Shown here piece by piece: positions 15,674 through 26,572 of a stretch of 52,334 nucleotides of DNA. The stretch lies in the sequence record SRR20825019_2795; one strand, 5' to 3'. Below the pieces are notes generated by a model, which saw only the letters and a program-made list of their open reading frames with translations, was not told where the DNA came from and ran no database searches. Every line of letters begins with the position of its first letter. The stretch's first letter is position 1. The position numbers were made by a program, and so were the translations under genes.

Positions 15674-17417
15674 GTGCTCTCAGTTCCACCTTGCTATCCG
15701 CTGTGGGAATCCACAGCGTCACTTGTGTGCCTTGTCCTAACTGACTGGTAATCTCCATGTGACCGTTATGCAATGAGATAATTTCACTGGTCAGTGCCAT
15801 ACCCAGCCCGGTTCCCGGTATGGAACCGGCATTATCTGCACGATAGAACTTTTCACCGACGTGTGCGAGTTGTTCTTCAGTCATGCCTATTCCCTGATCA
15901 GTCACCCGGATACCTAACCAGCTGGAGCCTTGCTCCTGATCTTCCTGCAGCACTGTGTCAACGATCACGATGCCTCCCTCCTGGGAGTATTTGTATGCAT
16001 TGCTGAGTATATTCATCAGCGCCTGCTTGAGCTTATTTGCATCAAACCAGATAGGTGGCCAGGGCGTATCATCAGGTTGGTAGATAAGCTGACATTGTTT
16101 ATCACCACCGGCAATCAGCTCACAGCATTCACTTACAATGGAACCTGGTTCTCCCTTTTCCAGTTGCAGCACACCGTCACTCCGGGCTTCGATTCTGGCA
16201 ATATCAAGCAAGTCATCAACAAGGTGCTTAAGATTCTGCGACTGCCGATTGATGGTCTCTGCAACAAATTGTGTTTTTGCCTGATCATATTCATTCATCA
16301 TCAGCAATTCACTGAACCCCATCACACTTGCCAGCGGCGTCCTGAGTTCATGGGCCGCAGTCGTCAGAAATTCACTCTTCATTCGATCAACTTCACTTTG
16401 GTGGGTGATGTCACGCAGATAGTAAACTTCTGAAAATGTCTGTCTATCAGGGCTTGCAACTTGTTTGCGGATGCATCGAAGTATTTTAAATTCCGGTGTA
16501 TGAACACGAAAATCAGACAGGTCAATCAGGCCATCCAGCAAACTCACATCAGCGTGAACCCGCTTGTCCAACATACTCACTAAAAGCGCTTCAAACTCTC
16601 TGAACGGTTTCCCGCATAGGTTTTGTGCACCTGCCCCCAGAATATTGATCAATGCCGGGTTGGTGTAGGTAATGCGTTTGTTTGATGAGACCAGCAAAAT
16701 ACCATCCGGACTGAGGTTTATGGCTTCATATTTTTCCCGGATCTGCCACATCATGTTTTCAAATGCTCTGCCGGTGGAGGCAATTTCGTCATTGCCTTCA
16801 AGAGGCAGCACAAAATCATCGTCACCTGCGGCAAACCGGTTTGAGGCATGCTCAAGTAAGTGAATTCGACGGGCGATCCTGCCAGCCAGGATCCAGGTTA
16901 CAAGCAAGGCTATCAGAGTCATCACAATAGCAGCGATCGCGAGCTTGCGACTGGCATCCAGCAATAGCGCCCGCTCCTCGTTAATTGAAAAACTCAGCAG
17001 CACTTTCCCAACGGTGGTGCCTTCGATATCAAACAGATAAACAACATCAAAAAAACCATCCCGTGCGTTCATCAAATTTCTGTCTACCCTGAACTGACGC
17101 TCAGGATAATCGGCACTACGCAGCTCAATCAACGGCTCGTCATAAGAATAAACCTGAATATAATCAACCTGTTCTATAGCGAGAATCGAAGATGCCGCAT
17201 CGTTAACTGCCGGTATATTTTCCGACAAGACATTGGGCTTGAGTGTACTTCTGATAAGCTCGGTAAGGCTTTCCGTCTGCACCAGAAACTGTTTGCTGAG
17301 CGAACTGACGAGAATCTTCTGACTGGTGAAGTACAACACCAGGAGAAAGACCATAAAAAGCAGAAAGGTGAGACCCAAGGTTTTGAGGCGAAAAGAGCCG
17401 TTAACTCGTTGCTTCAT
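15666..17417 (-). CDS. Sensor histidine kinase (periplasmic sensor, HAMP, PAS, HisKA, HATPase)
   Basis: 2 TM, DEIA HAMP motif, AHELRTPL H-box, NAYKYS, DQGIG, GTGLG. Confidence 0.93.
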   Translation of the reverse strand: MKQRVNGSFRLKTLGLTFLLFMVFLLVLYFTSQKILVSSLSKQFLVQTESLTELIRSTLKPNVLSENIPAVNDAASSILAIEQVDYIQVYSYDEPLIELRSADYPERQFRVDRNLMNARDGFFDVVYLFDIEGTTVGKVLLSFSINEERALLLDASRKLAIAAIVMTLIALLVTWILAGRIARRIHLLEHASNRFAAGDDDFVLPLEGNDEIASTGRAFENMMWQIREKYEAINLSPDGILLVSSNKRITYTNPALINILGAGAQNLCGKPFREFEALLVSMLDKRVHADVSLLDGLIDLSDFRVHTPEFKILRCIRKQVASPDRQTFSEVYYLRDITHQSEVDRMKSEFLTTAAHELRTPLASVMGFSELLMMNEYDQAKTQFVAETINRQSQNLKHLVDDLLDIARIEARSDGVLQLEKGEPGSIVSECCELIAGGDKQCQLIYQPDDTPWPPIWFDANKLKQALMNILSNAYKYSQEGGIVIVDTVLQEDQEQGSSWLGIRVTDQGIGMTEEQLAHVGEKFYRADNAGSIPGTGLGMALTSEIISLHNGHMEITSQLGQGTQVTLWIPTADSKVELRAHG

Positions 17418-17439
17418 CAACCTCTCCTATTTACGAGGT

Positions 17440-18213
17440 TTAGTCGCCGATCCTGACAGTGCCTTTGACTGATTCCACCTGCACTTGTGAAGCTTTGTCA
17501 GTTTTTTGGCTATCTGCCACCATTGACCCAAGCGTCTCGATAAGCTTGTCCAGAAGCTGTGTGGGTGTGGCCTGAGGATATGTGATTACATAACGATGCT
17601 TGTTACTGGTGCGCCAGAGTATGCTGAATTGCTGATCGTTCTGGTTAAGCTCATTCAGTGGTACCAATCCAGCAACATGCAGCTTCTCGGATATGGACTG
17701 CAGGATTTTTTCATATGACAGCAAATTGTCTCTCAAAGCAGTGACCCCATTGGCAGAGAGAAATTTATCCAGTGCTTTGACGTTGGCTGCTTTTTCATCC
17801 TGTTTGACAGCCAGTAAGCCCCCTTCAAGCTGGCTGATGGCATCTGTACCGGCTCCTGCGACCAACGCCATTTCATTGCTTTCCTGACTAGTTGTCAGTT
17901 CAGCCAGATAGGAAAGCTTGTGTTTCTTCCTGAAAATAGTGAAAAGATACTGGTCCGTGATGACGAGATCATATTCACCGGCAGCAAGGCGCTGATTGAA
18001 CTCAAGTAAATCAGGCGCCGTCGCAAAGCGAAGTGCAATACCACTTTTTGCTTCAAGCTTGTCCAGAAAGGGGATCCAGAACTCCGCCAGAGATACACTG
18101 TTCTCACCGTTGGGTGAAACACCGACTTTTAATGGTGCAGCTTTGGTGGGGAGCGTCGGTAGAGAAAAGGCTATCAGCCCCAGCACCAGAAAAAAATGTA
18201 ACGATCTTTTCAT
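17440..18213 (-). CDS. Periplasmic binding protein, PhnD/SsuA-like fold
   Basis: Signal peptide, LKVGVSP...W.PFLD.L...SGI.LRFATAPD...F...L..GEYDL N-terminus typical of phosphonate-binding-like proteins found next to sensors. Confidence 0.7.
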   Translation of the reverse strand: MKRSLHFFLVLGLIAFSLPTLPTKAAPLKVGVSPNGENSVSLAEFWIPFLDKLEAKSGIALRFATAPDLLEFNQRLAAGEYDLVITDQYLFTIFRKKHKLSYLAELTTSQESNEMALVAGAGTDAISQLEGGLLAVKQDEKAANVKALDKFLSANGVTALRDNLLSYEKILQSISEKLHVAGLVPLNELNQNDQQFSILWRTSNKHRYVITYPQATPTQLLDKLIETLGSMVADSQKTDKASQVQVESVKGTVRIGD

Positions 18214-18490
18214 TCATCCCTCTTCAATCAGCACTTTCTCGAATCACCAAAATAACTCTCTGATACGATGCTTAAAAATTGAAACCTGTCCCGGTGTAAA
18301 AATCTGAGCCGGGGCTGTCAAAGCTGATTGAAAAGAAAATCCATATTCCTTTCCTTCAAAGCATTTGCTGATCTTTAGCTGATTGTCAGATTGAATCAGC
18401 TATAGCTCTAAATTCTGCTGCAAAAGCAGAAATATGACAAGATGAAAAAGATTTAAAAACGGAAATTAGTGAATAAAGTCTCAGATTAGG

Positions 18491-19111
18491 TCAGACTCCA
18501 GTGTTCACATGCTCATTAACAAGACGTTGAATTCGGGCAAAAGGAATGGGTTTCTCTTCAACAATAACGTTGTCCGGCAATTCATAACTCTGATGGATTT
18601 CCTCCTCGTTGAGCCCTGTCACCACCACTATCTGGCAATGGTCCATATCCGGGTTTTGCTGGATAATTTTGATCATGTGGCCGCCGTCCATACGTGGCAT
18701 ACGGAGATCAGTAATGATAATGTCAGGCTTTTTGGAGCCGATTTGCAGCAGGGCATCATAGCCATCATGAGCCAGGAAAACTTCTGTTTTAGGGGTTTGC
18801 CAGCTTTCAATCTGCATCTGATAAAGTTTGAGCAGGTCTTTATCATCGTCAACTATCATCACTCTGACCACATCAGCTGCTGACCTTTCCGATTTTCCTA
18901 CTGAATCAGCCGGGTCCTGGGTCACCTGCTCAGATTTGTTTTTACCCAGTTCACGGGCGAGTCTGTCGACTTCCTGTGCTGTGATGCGGCGATGTCCGCC
19001 CAGGGTTTTGGTCACCCGAATCATGCCACTGTCTGCCCACATCTGAATAGTTCTTGGTGTAACACCAAAAATTTTGGCGACTTTGGTCGTGGTGTAGAGT
19101 TGCTCTTCCAT
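18491..19111 (-). CDS. Response regulator with N-terminal excisionase/MerR-like HTH and C-terminal REC
   Basis: YTTTKVAKIFGVTPRTIQMWADSG...TLGGHRRI; VMIVDD, TDLRMP, EKP. Confidence 0.88.
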   Translation of the reverse strand: MEEQLYTTTKVAKIFGVTPRTIQMWADSGMIRVTKTLGGHRRITAQEVDRLARELGKNKSEQVTQDPADSVGKSERSAADVVRVMIVDDDKDLLKLYQMQIESWQTPKTEVFLAHDGYDALLQIGSKKPDIIITDLRMPRMDGGHMIKIIQQNPDMDHCQIVVVTGLNEEEIHQSYELPDNVIVEEKPIPFARIQRLVNEHVNTGV

Positions 19112-19546
19112 AATTTAGTTTTTACCTTAAAATCTTGCTCGCAACATTTTATAGCGTTTGCCAGCATAATGCCTTAGGACAATTATACGCTCGCAGACAA
19201 ATTTTTTTCTGTTTCTTCTGAATAAGCCTGACCTGGTTCACAGAACAATGTCACGACAATCTCTATGCATTTACAGATTAATGCGTCAGGAAAATGTGAA
19301 AACTGAATAGTTATGATTATTCAATGATAGCCAGTTGTGGGTTCTAACGAAAATAGTGATGCAGTCATTGTTGTACTTCCCAGCTTCGCTGCCAATTCTC
19401 CTACAAAAAGTAAGAGTATAGCAAATTAGAAAGATAAATCAGACAGTTGCATTAAACAGAAAACGATTTTCGGCAGCGGCTTTGCTAATACGTCTGACTC
19501 GCGTAAGCTGAAACCAATAAGGATTTTCTGTCCGGAGGAGACGTTT

Positions 19547-19777
19547 ATGGAGGCGACCTTTCATTCATTGGAAAATCTCTTTCTGCAGCTTGGTCTGGAT
19601 AATGACCCAGCCTCAATCGATGCTTTCATAAGAGAAAATAAACTGGAACCAGGTGAGGCATTGGAAGATGCTCCTTTCTGGACGCCCAGCCAGGCCGCTT
19701 TCATTCAGGAATGCCTGGGGGACGACTCAGACTGGGCTGAAGTGGCCGATCAACTCAACGTTTTACTTCATGAGTGA
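19547..19777 (+). CDS. DUF2789 family protein
   Basis: LF.QLGL....SI..FI...L.DAPFWTPSQAAF.....DSDWAEV.DQLN.LL pattern; GGAGGAG RBS. Confidence 0.85.
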   Translation: MEATFHSLENLFLQLGLDNDPASIDAFIRENKLEPGEALEDAPFWTPSQAAFIQECLGDDSDWAEVADQLNVLLHE

Positions 19778-21131
19778 CGTCACACCTCGGCCAGAGCTCA
19801 CGCTCTGGGGTAAACAAACCGATGCCGCCCTCCACCACTTCCGGGTTGGCCAGGAAACCCTGCCAGCGGTGATGATTCGTGCCTATGGGCTGCTCAAATT
19901 TTGTGCTGCGGATACTCATCAGAAGCACGGCAGACTGGAGCAAACGATTGCCGAGGCGATCAAGCAGGCTGCCCGGCAATTGTTTGAGGGAGACCAGGAT
20001 AATCAATTTCCACTCTCTATCTGGCAGTCCGGTTCCGGAACCCAATCGCACATGAACGTGAACGAGGTGCTGGCAACGCTCGCTACTCAGGCACTGGAAG
20101 GCAGGCAGCGTGTCCACCCCAATGATCATTGTAATCTTGGTCAGTCGACCAATGACAGCTTCCCCACAGCATTGCATATTGCTTGTGTGATCCTGCTGGA
20201 AAATACGCTGCTGTCTTCCCTTAAGCAGCTCAGACAGCGCTTTGAAATACTGGTAGGACGCTGGCAGAACATACTGAAAACCGGCAGAACCCATTTGCAG
20301 GATGCGACGCCGTTATCATTGGGGCAGGAATTTTCCGCCTACGCAGCCCAACTGAGACAGGCCGAACAGCGGCTGGCGGCGGAGCTGCCTGCATTACTGT
20401 CATTAACGATGGGGGGAACGGCTGTCGGTACCGGTATCAATAGCCGATCAGATTTTGCTGCAACATTCTGTTCAGGACTGAATGATCTGACCGGTTTTGA
20501 GTTTACTCCCAGCGAAAACTTTTTCGCAGGACAGGCTAATCATGATGCGATCGTTCAACTCTCAGGCAGCTTGAACACCCTGGCCAGCAGTCTCAACAAA
20601 ATTGCCAGTGATCTGCGCCTGATGGCCTCCGGTCCCCGTTGTGGACTGGGCGAGCTGACATTGCCTGCCAATGAACCCGGCTCATCCATTATGCCGGGCA
20701 AAGTGAACCCTTCGCAGTGTGAAATGCTCAATATGGTTTGCGCCCAGATCATGGGTAATCATCAGACCATTACCATCGCCAATGCGCAGGGGCAGTTTCA
20801 GCTCAATACCTTTAAACCGGTGATCGCGCTCAATATCATTCAATCACTGGAATTGATGGCGGATGCCCTCTCCAGTTTCGATACATTCTGTGTGAGTGGA
20901 CTGGAAGCCAACGAGGAACAGCTACAGAAAACCATGTCACAAAGCCTGATGCTGGCGACAGCACTGACGCCGCAGCTGGGTTACGACAAAGTGACTGAAA
21001 TAGTCCAATATGCCAGCGGACAAAAGCTGAGTCTGCGTGAGGCAGTGATCGCACTGGAAGCGATGAGCGCTGAGGACTATGACAGACTGATTCGTCCTGA
21101 AGAGATGATAAGCCCTCGACAGTGTCCTTAA
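19770..21131 (+). CDS. fumC: Class II fumarate hydratase
   Basis: [48 protein letters not shown]. Start ATG at 19770 overlaps the DUF2789 stop. Confidence 0.9.
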   Translation: MSDVTPRPELTLWGKQTDAALHHFRVGQETLPAVMIRAYGLLKFCAADTHQKHGRLEQTIAEAIKQAARQLFEGDQDNQFPLSIWQSGSGTQSHMNVNEVLATLATQALEGRQRVHPNDHCNLGQSTNDSFPTALHIACVILLENTLLSSLKQLRQRFEILVGRWQNILKTGRTHLQDATPLSLGQEFSAYAAQLRQAEQRLAAELPALLSLTMGGTAVGTGINSRSDFAATFCSGLNDLTGFEFTPSENFFAGQANHDAIVQLSGSLNTLASSLNKIASDLRLMASGPRCGLGELTLPANEPGSSIMPGKVNPSQCEMLNMVCAQIMGNHQTITIANAQGQFQLNTFKPVIALNIIQSLELMADALSSFDTFCVSGLEANEEQLQKTMSQSLMLATALTPQLGYDKVTEIVQYASGQKLSLREAVIALEAMSAEDYDRLIRPEEMISPRQCP

Positions 21132-21892
21132 TCACTGCCTTTTCTGGCACTCATGGATCTGAGCGCATCAAGCAATTCGACCGGCAGCGGGAACACAATA
21201 GTAGAAGACTTATCACCCGCAATCTCGGTGAGTGTCTGCAGATAACGCAGTTGCAGCGATTGTGGCTGTTTCGCCAGGATTTCGGCCGCCTGTTGCAGTT
21301 TTTCCGATGCCTGTAATTCCCCTTCAGCATGGATCACTTTGGCGCGACGGTTACGTTCTGCTTCAGCCTGCTTGGCAATCGCCCGGATCATACTCTCATC
21401 CAGATCAACATGTTTAATCTCAACATTGGCTACCTTGATGCCCCAGGCATCAGTCTGGGAATCCAGAATTGACTGAATATCGTTGTTGAGTTTGTCGCGC
21501 TCTGACAGCATTTCATCCAGTTCATGTTGACCCAACACCGACCTGAGCGTGGTCTGCGCTAACTGACTGGTGGCATCATAGTATTGCTCAACCTGAATAA
21601 TCGCTTTTTGCGGATCAATGACCCGGAAATAGACAACGGCATTCACGTGCACCGAGACATTATCCTGAGAAATCACATCCTGAGTAGGCACATCCATCAC
21701 AATGGTGCGCAAATCCACCCTCACCATCTGCTGGATAAAAGGAATGATGATGATAAAGCCGGGGCCTTTCACTTTGTAAAAACGACCCAGCAGAAAGACC
21801 ACACCACGTTCATATTCCCGCAAAATACGCACTGCACTGATCAACAACGCAATGACGGCGATGCCTACCACGGCCAGAAATTGTAAAGTCAT
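21128..21892 (-). CDS. SPFH/stomatin-like (slipin) protein
   Basis: [46 protein letters not shown]. Confidence 0.95.
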   Translation of the reverse strand: MTLQFLAVVGIAVIALLISAVRILREYERGVVFLLGRFYKVKGPGFIIIIPFIQQMVRVDLRTIVMDVPTQDVISQDNVSVHVNAVVYFRVIDPQKAIIQVEQYYDATSQLAQTTLRSVLGQHELDEMLSERDKLNNDIQSILDSQTDAWGIKVANVEIKHVDLDESMIRAIAKQAEAERNRRAKVIHAEGELQASEKLQQAAEILAKQPQSLQLRYLQTLTEIAGDKSSTIVFPLPVELLDALRSMSARKGSD

Positions 21893-23274
21893 GATGCCTC
21901 CTCCTCTTTTGCCATTGCTTCGACTTCCAGCGTCAAACCCTCCATGGATTTCACTATTGCCTTGTCACCCTTCTGTAACGGCGTTCGGGTTCGGGCGGTC
22001 CAGCGTTCACTGTGAACCCGCACCTTGCCTTGTTCACTGAAACTTTCATCAGCCACACAAACAGCACCTATCATTTCCTCCTGACCGGAAACAATCGGAT
22101 GATGCCGGTTACGCAATACCATGCCCAGTGCCATCAAAAAGAAAGCCACTGTCGACACTGTCACACCGGCAATCACACCAATATTGACGCCATAGCCGGG
22201 TAAATCGGTGTCAATCAGCATCACTGAACCGGCGACAAACGCAGCCACCCCACCCAATCCGAGGACACCGAAACTGGGCTGGAAGGCCTCGGCCACCATC
22301 AGGGCGATTCCCAGCAGCATCAATGCCAGGCCGGCATAATTAATAGGCAGGATCTGGAAGGAAAACAGCGCCAGCAATAAACAAATGGAGCCGATAGTCC
22401 CCGGCACAATGGAACCGGGGTTAGCAAATTCGAATATCAGCCCATAAATACCTATCATCATCAGAATGTAGGCAATATTGGGGTTAGTGATAATTTCCAG
22501 TACTTTGTTGCGCCAGTCGGGGAGAATCTCATTCAACGTCACCGAGTCGGTGTCTAAGGTTATTTCACTGCCCAGTACCTTCACTTTTCTGCCATCGAGC
22601 TGTTGAATCAAATCACGCTGGTTAACGGCGACAATATCAATCACGTTTTGCTTGAGCGCCGCCTCCGCAGTCAGACTGGCCGCGTCCCGCACGGCTTTTT
22701 CTGCCCACTCGGCGTTGCGGCCACGCAGCTCTGCCAACCCTTTAATATAAGCGACCGCATCATTCACTACCTTGCGTGTCATCGCATCACTGTCTTTAGC
22801 TGCTTCTGGTTCGGATTCTTTGTTCTTGTCTTTTTCCGTCTCCGGTAGTGGTGATTTCTCTTTATCCGGTGAAAAACCCGGTGCCATCTGTACTGGTGTG
22901 GCAGCGCCGAGATTAGTGGCCGGCGTCATTGCAGAAACATGACTCGCATAGAGCATATAGGTCCCGGCGCTGGCAGCGCGGGCGCCACCCGGTGTTACGT
23001 AAATAACTACTGGAACAGGTGAAGAAATGATTTTTTTGATCATGTCGCGCATGGACAGGTCCAGCCCGCCGGGTGTATCCAGCCTGACCAGCATAAAGGC
23101 GGCATTCGCCTCCACCGCTTGTTCCAGCGAACGGGAAAAATAATCTGCAGTGGCGGGACTGATAACACCATCAATTTCGATGATGTATACCTGTTGCGAT
23201 TGTGCTGCAGCCGGGTTCAGCGGCCCGAGCAAGCTCAGCATCAGACTGACTAACAACAGCCCTAATCGCTTCAT
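21889..23274 (-). CDS. NfeD family membrane-bound ClpP-class serine protease
   Basis: LDTPGGL, AASAG, N.GAATPV, TM region, C-terminal OB fold (ERWTAR); paired with the SPFH gene. Confidence 0.93.
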   Translation of the reverse strand: MKRLGLLLVSLMLSLLGPLNPAAAQSQQVYIIEIDGVISPATADYFSRSLEQAVEANAAFMLVRLDTPGGLDLSMRDMIKKIISSPVPVVIYVTPGGARAASAGTYMLYASHVSAMTPATNLGAATPVQMAPGFSPDKEKSPLPETEKDKNKESEPEAAKDSDAMTRKVVNDAVAYIKGLAELRGRNAEWAEKAVRDAASLTAEAALKQNVIDIVAVNQRDLIQQLDGRKVKVLGSEITLDTDSVTLNEILPDWRNKVLEIITNPNIAYILMMIGIYGLIFEFANPGSIVPGTIGSICLLLALFSFQILPINYAGLALMLLGIALMVAEAFQPSFGVLGLGGVAAFVAGSVMLIDTDLPGYGVNIGVIAGVTVSTVAFFLMALGMVLRNRHHPIVSGQEEMIGAVCVADESFSEQGKVRVHSERWTARTRTPLQKGDKAIVKSMEGLTLEVEAMAKEEEAS

Positions 23275-23319
23275 TCTCCGGCTCCTTTACCTTACCGGTG
23301 TGGCGGCCGGTTTGGTGAT

Positions 23320-24513
23320 TTATCTTATTGAACGGTAAATATGCGGCCGACTACGCTTGCTCAATACCAGCTGCCACAATTGTCCCTGCCGGGCTTTAAA
23401 AAATCCGGCGCAACACAACAAGTAATATTTCCACATCCGGTAAAAACGCTCATCATACTTGTGAGACAGCGTCGGCCAGGCGGCATCGAAGTTTTCCCAC
23501 CAGGCCATCAGCGTGTGGTAGTAGTCATGCCCAAAGTTATGCCAGTCCTCAATAATCAGACGCCGATCCAGCGCCGTGCTGATTTGTTCAGCCGAGGGCA
23601 GCTTGCCGTTACAGAAGATGTATTTATCAATCCAGGGATCAACCCGTTTGGTGGATTTATAGATACCGATGGTATGCAGTAAAAACAGACCGTTGTCTTT
23701 TAGCAGACGGTTCACCGTATCAAAGTAGACGGGGTAGTTTTTCTGCCCGACATGTTCAAACATACCGACAGAGACGATTTTGTCGTATTCACCATCCAGG
23801 TCCCGGTAATCGACCAGTTTGATTTCAACCGGCAGACCGGCACAGCGCTCCTGGGCCAGCTTCTGCTGCTCTCTGGAAATGGTAATGCCGACCACCTCGA
23901 CACCATAATTTTTGGCAGCGAAATGTGCCAGTCCTCCCCAGCCGCAACCAATCTCGAGCAATTTTTCACCTGGCTTGAGTTCTAGCTTGCGGCAGATCAT
24001 ATCAAGTTTGTTGATTTGCGCCTGATTGAGATTATCGGCCTGATGCCAGTAGCCACAGGAATAACTCATGGTCGGGTCCAGCATTGATTCGAAGACATCA
24101 TTACCGATGTCGTAATGTTGTTCACCGACCTGGAAAGCCCGCTGAGAGGACTGCAGGTTGAACACCCGGTGACGCATGACCTGTGAGAGCAAACGCATAC
24201 GGGCCCAGCCACCAAGCTTTTCTTCGATATTGAAACTGAGAATACGGTAGAACAACTGATCCAGTCGCAGACAGTCCCACAGGCCGTCCATATAGCTTTC
24301 CCCGAAGCCGAGAGAACCTTTGCTGAGGATTCGCTGATAGACCTCGTCGCTATGAACCTGAATATCCCAAGGCGCATCGCCATTAAACTGAACGCCACAT
24401 TCAGCTGCGAGTTCCTGTAGTACAGACGGTGGTGAGGGTTGTGTCTGAGCCATCCCCCCCGTGCTGGAATAGGTTTGATCCATTTTTTGCTGGATACGCG
24501 TAAATCTAGCCAT
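23320..24513 (-). CDS. cfa: Cyclopropane fatty acyl phospholipid synthase
   Basis: GSLGFGESYMDG, HYDIGND, LEIGCGWG, SVGMFEHVG, WIDKYIF, RMWKYYL. Start uncertain (possibly 24453). Confidence 0.93.
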   Translation of the reverse strand: MARFTRIQQKMDQTYSSTGGMAQTQPSPPSVLQELAAECGVQFNGDAPWDIQVHSDEVYQRILSKGSLGFGESYMDGLWDCLRLDQLFYRILSFNIEEKLGGWARMRLLSQVMRHRVFNLQSSQRAFQVGEQHYDIGNDVFESMLDPTMSYSCGYWHQADNLNQAQINKLDMICRKLELKPGEKLLEIGCGWGGLAHFAAKNYGVEVVGITISREQQKLAQERCAGLPVEIKLVDYRDLDGEYDKIVSVGMFEHVGQKNYPVYFDTVNRLLKDNGLFLLHTIGIYKSTKRVDPWIDKYIFCNGKLPSAEQISTALDRRLIIEDWHNFGHDYYHTLMAWWENFDAAWPTLSHKYDERFYRMWKYYLLCCAGFFKARQGQLWQLVLSKRSRPHIYRSIR

Positions 24514-24641
24514 GCTGTCCCGTCCCTATTGAGAGTAGCCTGAATAAATTGTTGCAACCTGTTGATATTACGCTACCGCGATTTTTTGCCGATTACAATC
24601 GAAACAATGAATGATTGACCGGCTTTAACCTCCCTAAAAGC

Positions 24642-24673
24642 AAAAACCCCGGATCATCTTCATGAATCCGGGG
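24642..24673 (-). terminator. Rho-independent terminator of bfr
   Basis: Stem CCCCGGAT/ATCCGGGG followed on the minus strand by a T5 tract. Confidence 0.7.
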
Positions 24674-24681
24674 CTTGTTGC

Positions 24682-25161
24682 TTATTCAGCTTCTTTGACA
24701 ATCTGGGCCTGGTGATAATTTTCCAGCCCAACTTTGTCTATCAGACCCAGCTGGGTTTCCAGCCAGTCGACATGGTCTTCTTCTGAGTCAAGGATTTCGC
24801 GGAATAGATCACGCGACACATAATCCCCGACATTCTCGCAATATTTAATGGCTTCTTTCAGATCGGGAATCGCATCCAATTCCAGGGATAAATCACTCTG
24901 CAGCATTTCACGGGTGTTCTCACCGATTCGCAGTGCCCCCAGATCCTGCAGGTTGGGCAAGCCTTCCAGGAACAATATCCGTTCTGTCAGTTTATCAGCA
25001 TGTTTCATTTCATCGATGGATTCGTGATATTCATGCTCATAGAGGTTATGCAGCCCCCAATCCTTATACATTTTGGCGTGTAGAAAATATTGATTAATCG
25101 CAATCAACTCATTGCCCAGGACTTTATTGAGATATTCGATGACTTTGACGTCGCCTTTCAT
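24682..25161 (-). CDS. bfr: Bacterioferritin
   Basis: [31 protein letters not shown] (heme Met), EEDH.DWLETQ. Confidence 0.98.
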   Translation of the reverse strand: MKGDVKVIEYLNKVLGNELIAINQYFLHAKMYKDWGLHNLYEHEYHESIDEMKHADKLTERILFLEGLPNLQDLGALRIGENTREMLQSDLSLELDAIPDLKEAIKYCENVGDYVSRDLFREILDSEEDHVDWLETQLGLIDKVGLENYHQAQIVKEAE

Positions 25162-25480
25162 GGCCTGTCTCCTGTTTTAGTTCAGCTTGAGATGATTATC
25201 GTTTTTTTACTCAAAAAGTCAAAGCTAAGCCACTGATAATAAAATAAAATCGCAACTATTCTCATCTAGATTAGAAACGCTTGTGGAAAGCCGTTCTTAT
25301 TGTCTGACGATGGAAGTTTATCGGGGGATGAAATTGTCTTGATAAAGAGTTGCTTAGCAAAACCCTGCTAAAGATATGGGTTTTAGTCACTGAATGAAAT
25401 CAGGAAAGCGTGGTTGTGGGGGAATGTCTCAGCTTGTGTTGTCGGGTTATGGAATACCGACAATCTTGCGCAAAGAAAAA

Positions 25481-25687
25481 TCAGGAATAGACAGCCTGAG
25501 CAACTGATAACTCACTGGGCTCAGTTTGCTGACGTTCCTGCAAAATACGATTGACCTTGAACTGGCATTTACCGCAACATGCCGCAGCGCCGGTTTCATT
25601 GCGAACAGAATCGATGCAGCAAGCACCCTTATCAACTGCCGCATGGATGGCGTCGGAATTTACGTTGTTGCAGATACAAACGATCAT
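25481..25687 (-). CDS. bfd: Bacterioferritin-associated ferredoxin
   Basis: MIVCIC...CGKC [2Fe-2S] motif; upstream of bfr. Confidence 0.92.
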   Translation of the reverse strand: MIVCICNNVNSDAIHAAVDKGACCIDSVRNETGAAACCGKCQFKVNRILQERQQTEPSELSVAQAVYS

Positions 25688-25713
25688 GAATTGGCTACCT
25701 CACTAATCTTGAT

Positions 25714-25738
25714 GTTAATGATAATAATTGTTATTTAC
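25714..25738. promoter_or_regulatory. Fur box (overlapping pair) upstream of bfd
   Basis: GTTAATGATAATAATTGTT (25714-25732) matches GATAATGATAATCATTATC at 15/19; a second overlapping match starts at 25720. Confidence 0.8.
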
Positions 25739-25776
25739 TAAGTCAACAAGAATTTTACATTCCACCAAAACAATTT

Positions 25777-25810
25777 TTCACATGGTAATCACAGCCAAGT
25801 TCGCTATGCT
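25777..25810 (+). promoter_or_regulatory. OmpR-type direct-repeat box and -10 element upstream of the response regulator
   Basis: TTCAC-atggta-ATCAC (25777-25792), then TATGCT 12 nt downstream. Confidence 0.55.
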
Positions 25811-25840
25811 GTCTGTAAACTTATCCACTGGAGCAATTAA

Positions 25841-26539
25841 ATGAAAATTAACCCGGCAACCGTGCTGATTGTTGAAGACCACCAGGATCTGGCTGCCAAT
25901 ATTGGTGATTTTCTTGAGGCCGGCGGCATGACGGTTGATTTTGCTGCGGATGGCCTGACCGCGGTGCAGCTTTGCAGTCAGCATCGTTACGATGCGCTGG
26001 TACTGGATATCATGATGCCCGGTATTGACGGTTATGAAGTCTGCCGTCGTGTGCGTGAAGATTTGCAACAGGATATGCCGATCGTGATGCTCACCGCTCG
26101 CGATACACTGGATGATAAGCTCACCGGCTTCGAGCATGGCACGGATGACTACCTGCTCAAGCCGTTTGAAATGAAAGAGCTCGAAGCCCGTTTGATTTCA
26201 CATATCCGCCGCCATCGCGGCGAAATGGATAGCAAATCACTACAGGTCGCAGATATTGTGTTCGACCCTAAAACCATGCGTGTTACCCGCGCCGGGGACC
26301 CGATAAGGCTCTCTCCCATCATGCTGCAAATTCTCAGGATCCTGATGCGTGAATCCCCCAACCTGGTCACCAGAGAAAAACTGGAAGCCGAAATCTGGGG
26401 AGAAGACACGCCTGACAGCGATACCTTACGCAGTCATCTATACAACCTGCGTAAACTGATTGATAAACCTTTCCAGCAAAACCTCCTGCACACCATTCCT
26501 GGTATTGGCTACAAGCTCTGTGAAGAGCAGGATCTATAG
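25841..26539 (+). CDS. OmpR-family response regulator, ColR-like
   Basis: LIVED, VDFAADG, LTARDTLDDKL.GF..G.DDYL.KPF, WGE..PDSD.LRSHLYNLRK.IDKPF, as in ColR homologues. Confidence 0.9.
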   Translation: MKINPATVLIVEDHQDLAANIGDFLEAGGMTVDFAADGLTAVQLCSQHRYDALVLDIMMPGIDGYEVCRRVREDLQQDMPIVMLTARDTLDDKLTGFEHGTDDYLLKPFEMKELEARLISHIRRHRGEMDSKSLQVADIVFDPKTMRVTRAGDPIRLSPIMLQILRILMRESPNLVTREKLEAEIWGEDTPDSDTLRSHLYNLRKLIDKPFQQNLLHTIPGIGYKLCEEQDL

Positions 26540-26572
26540 TCGCGATCCTGCTGAAAGACTCAGACAGCCAGC

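Noticed and set aside
17440-18213. Phosphonate ABC transporter operon
   Set aside because: No permease or ATPase nearby; neighbours are signalling genes.
19653-19769. N-terminal extension of fumC in the ORF track
   Set aside because: Overlaps DUF2789 out of frame and has no FumC-like residues; ATG 19770 is preferred.
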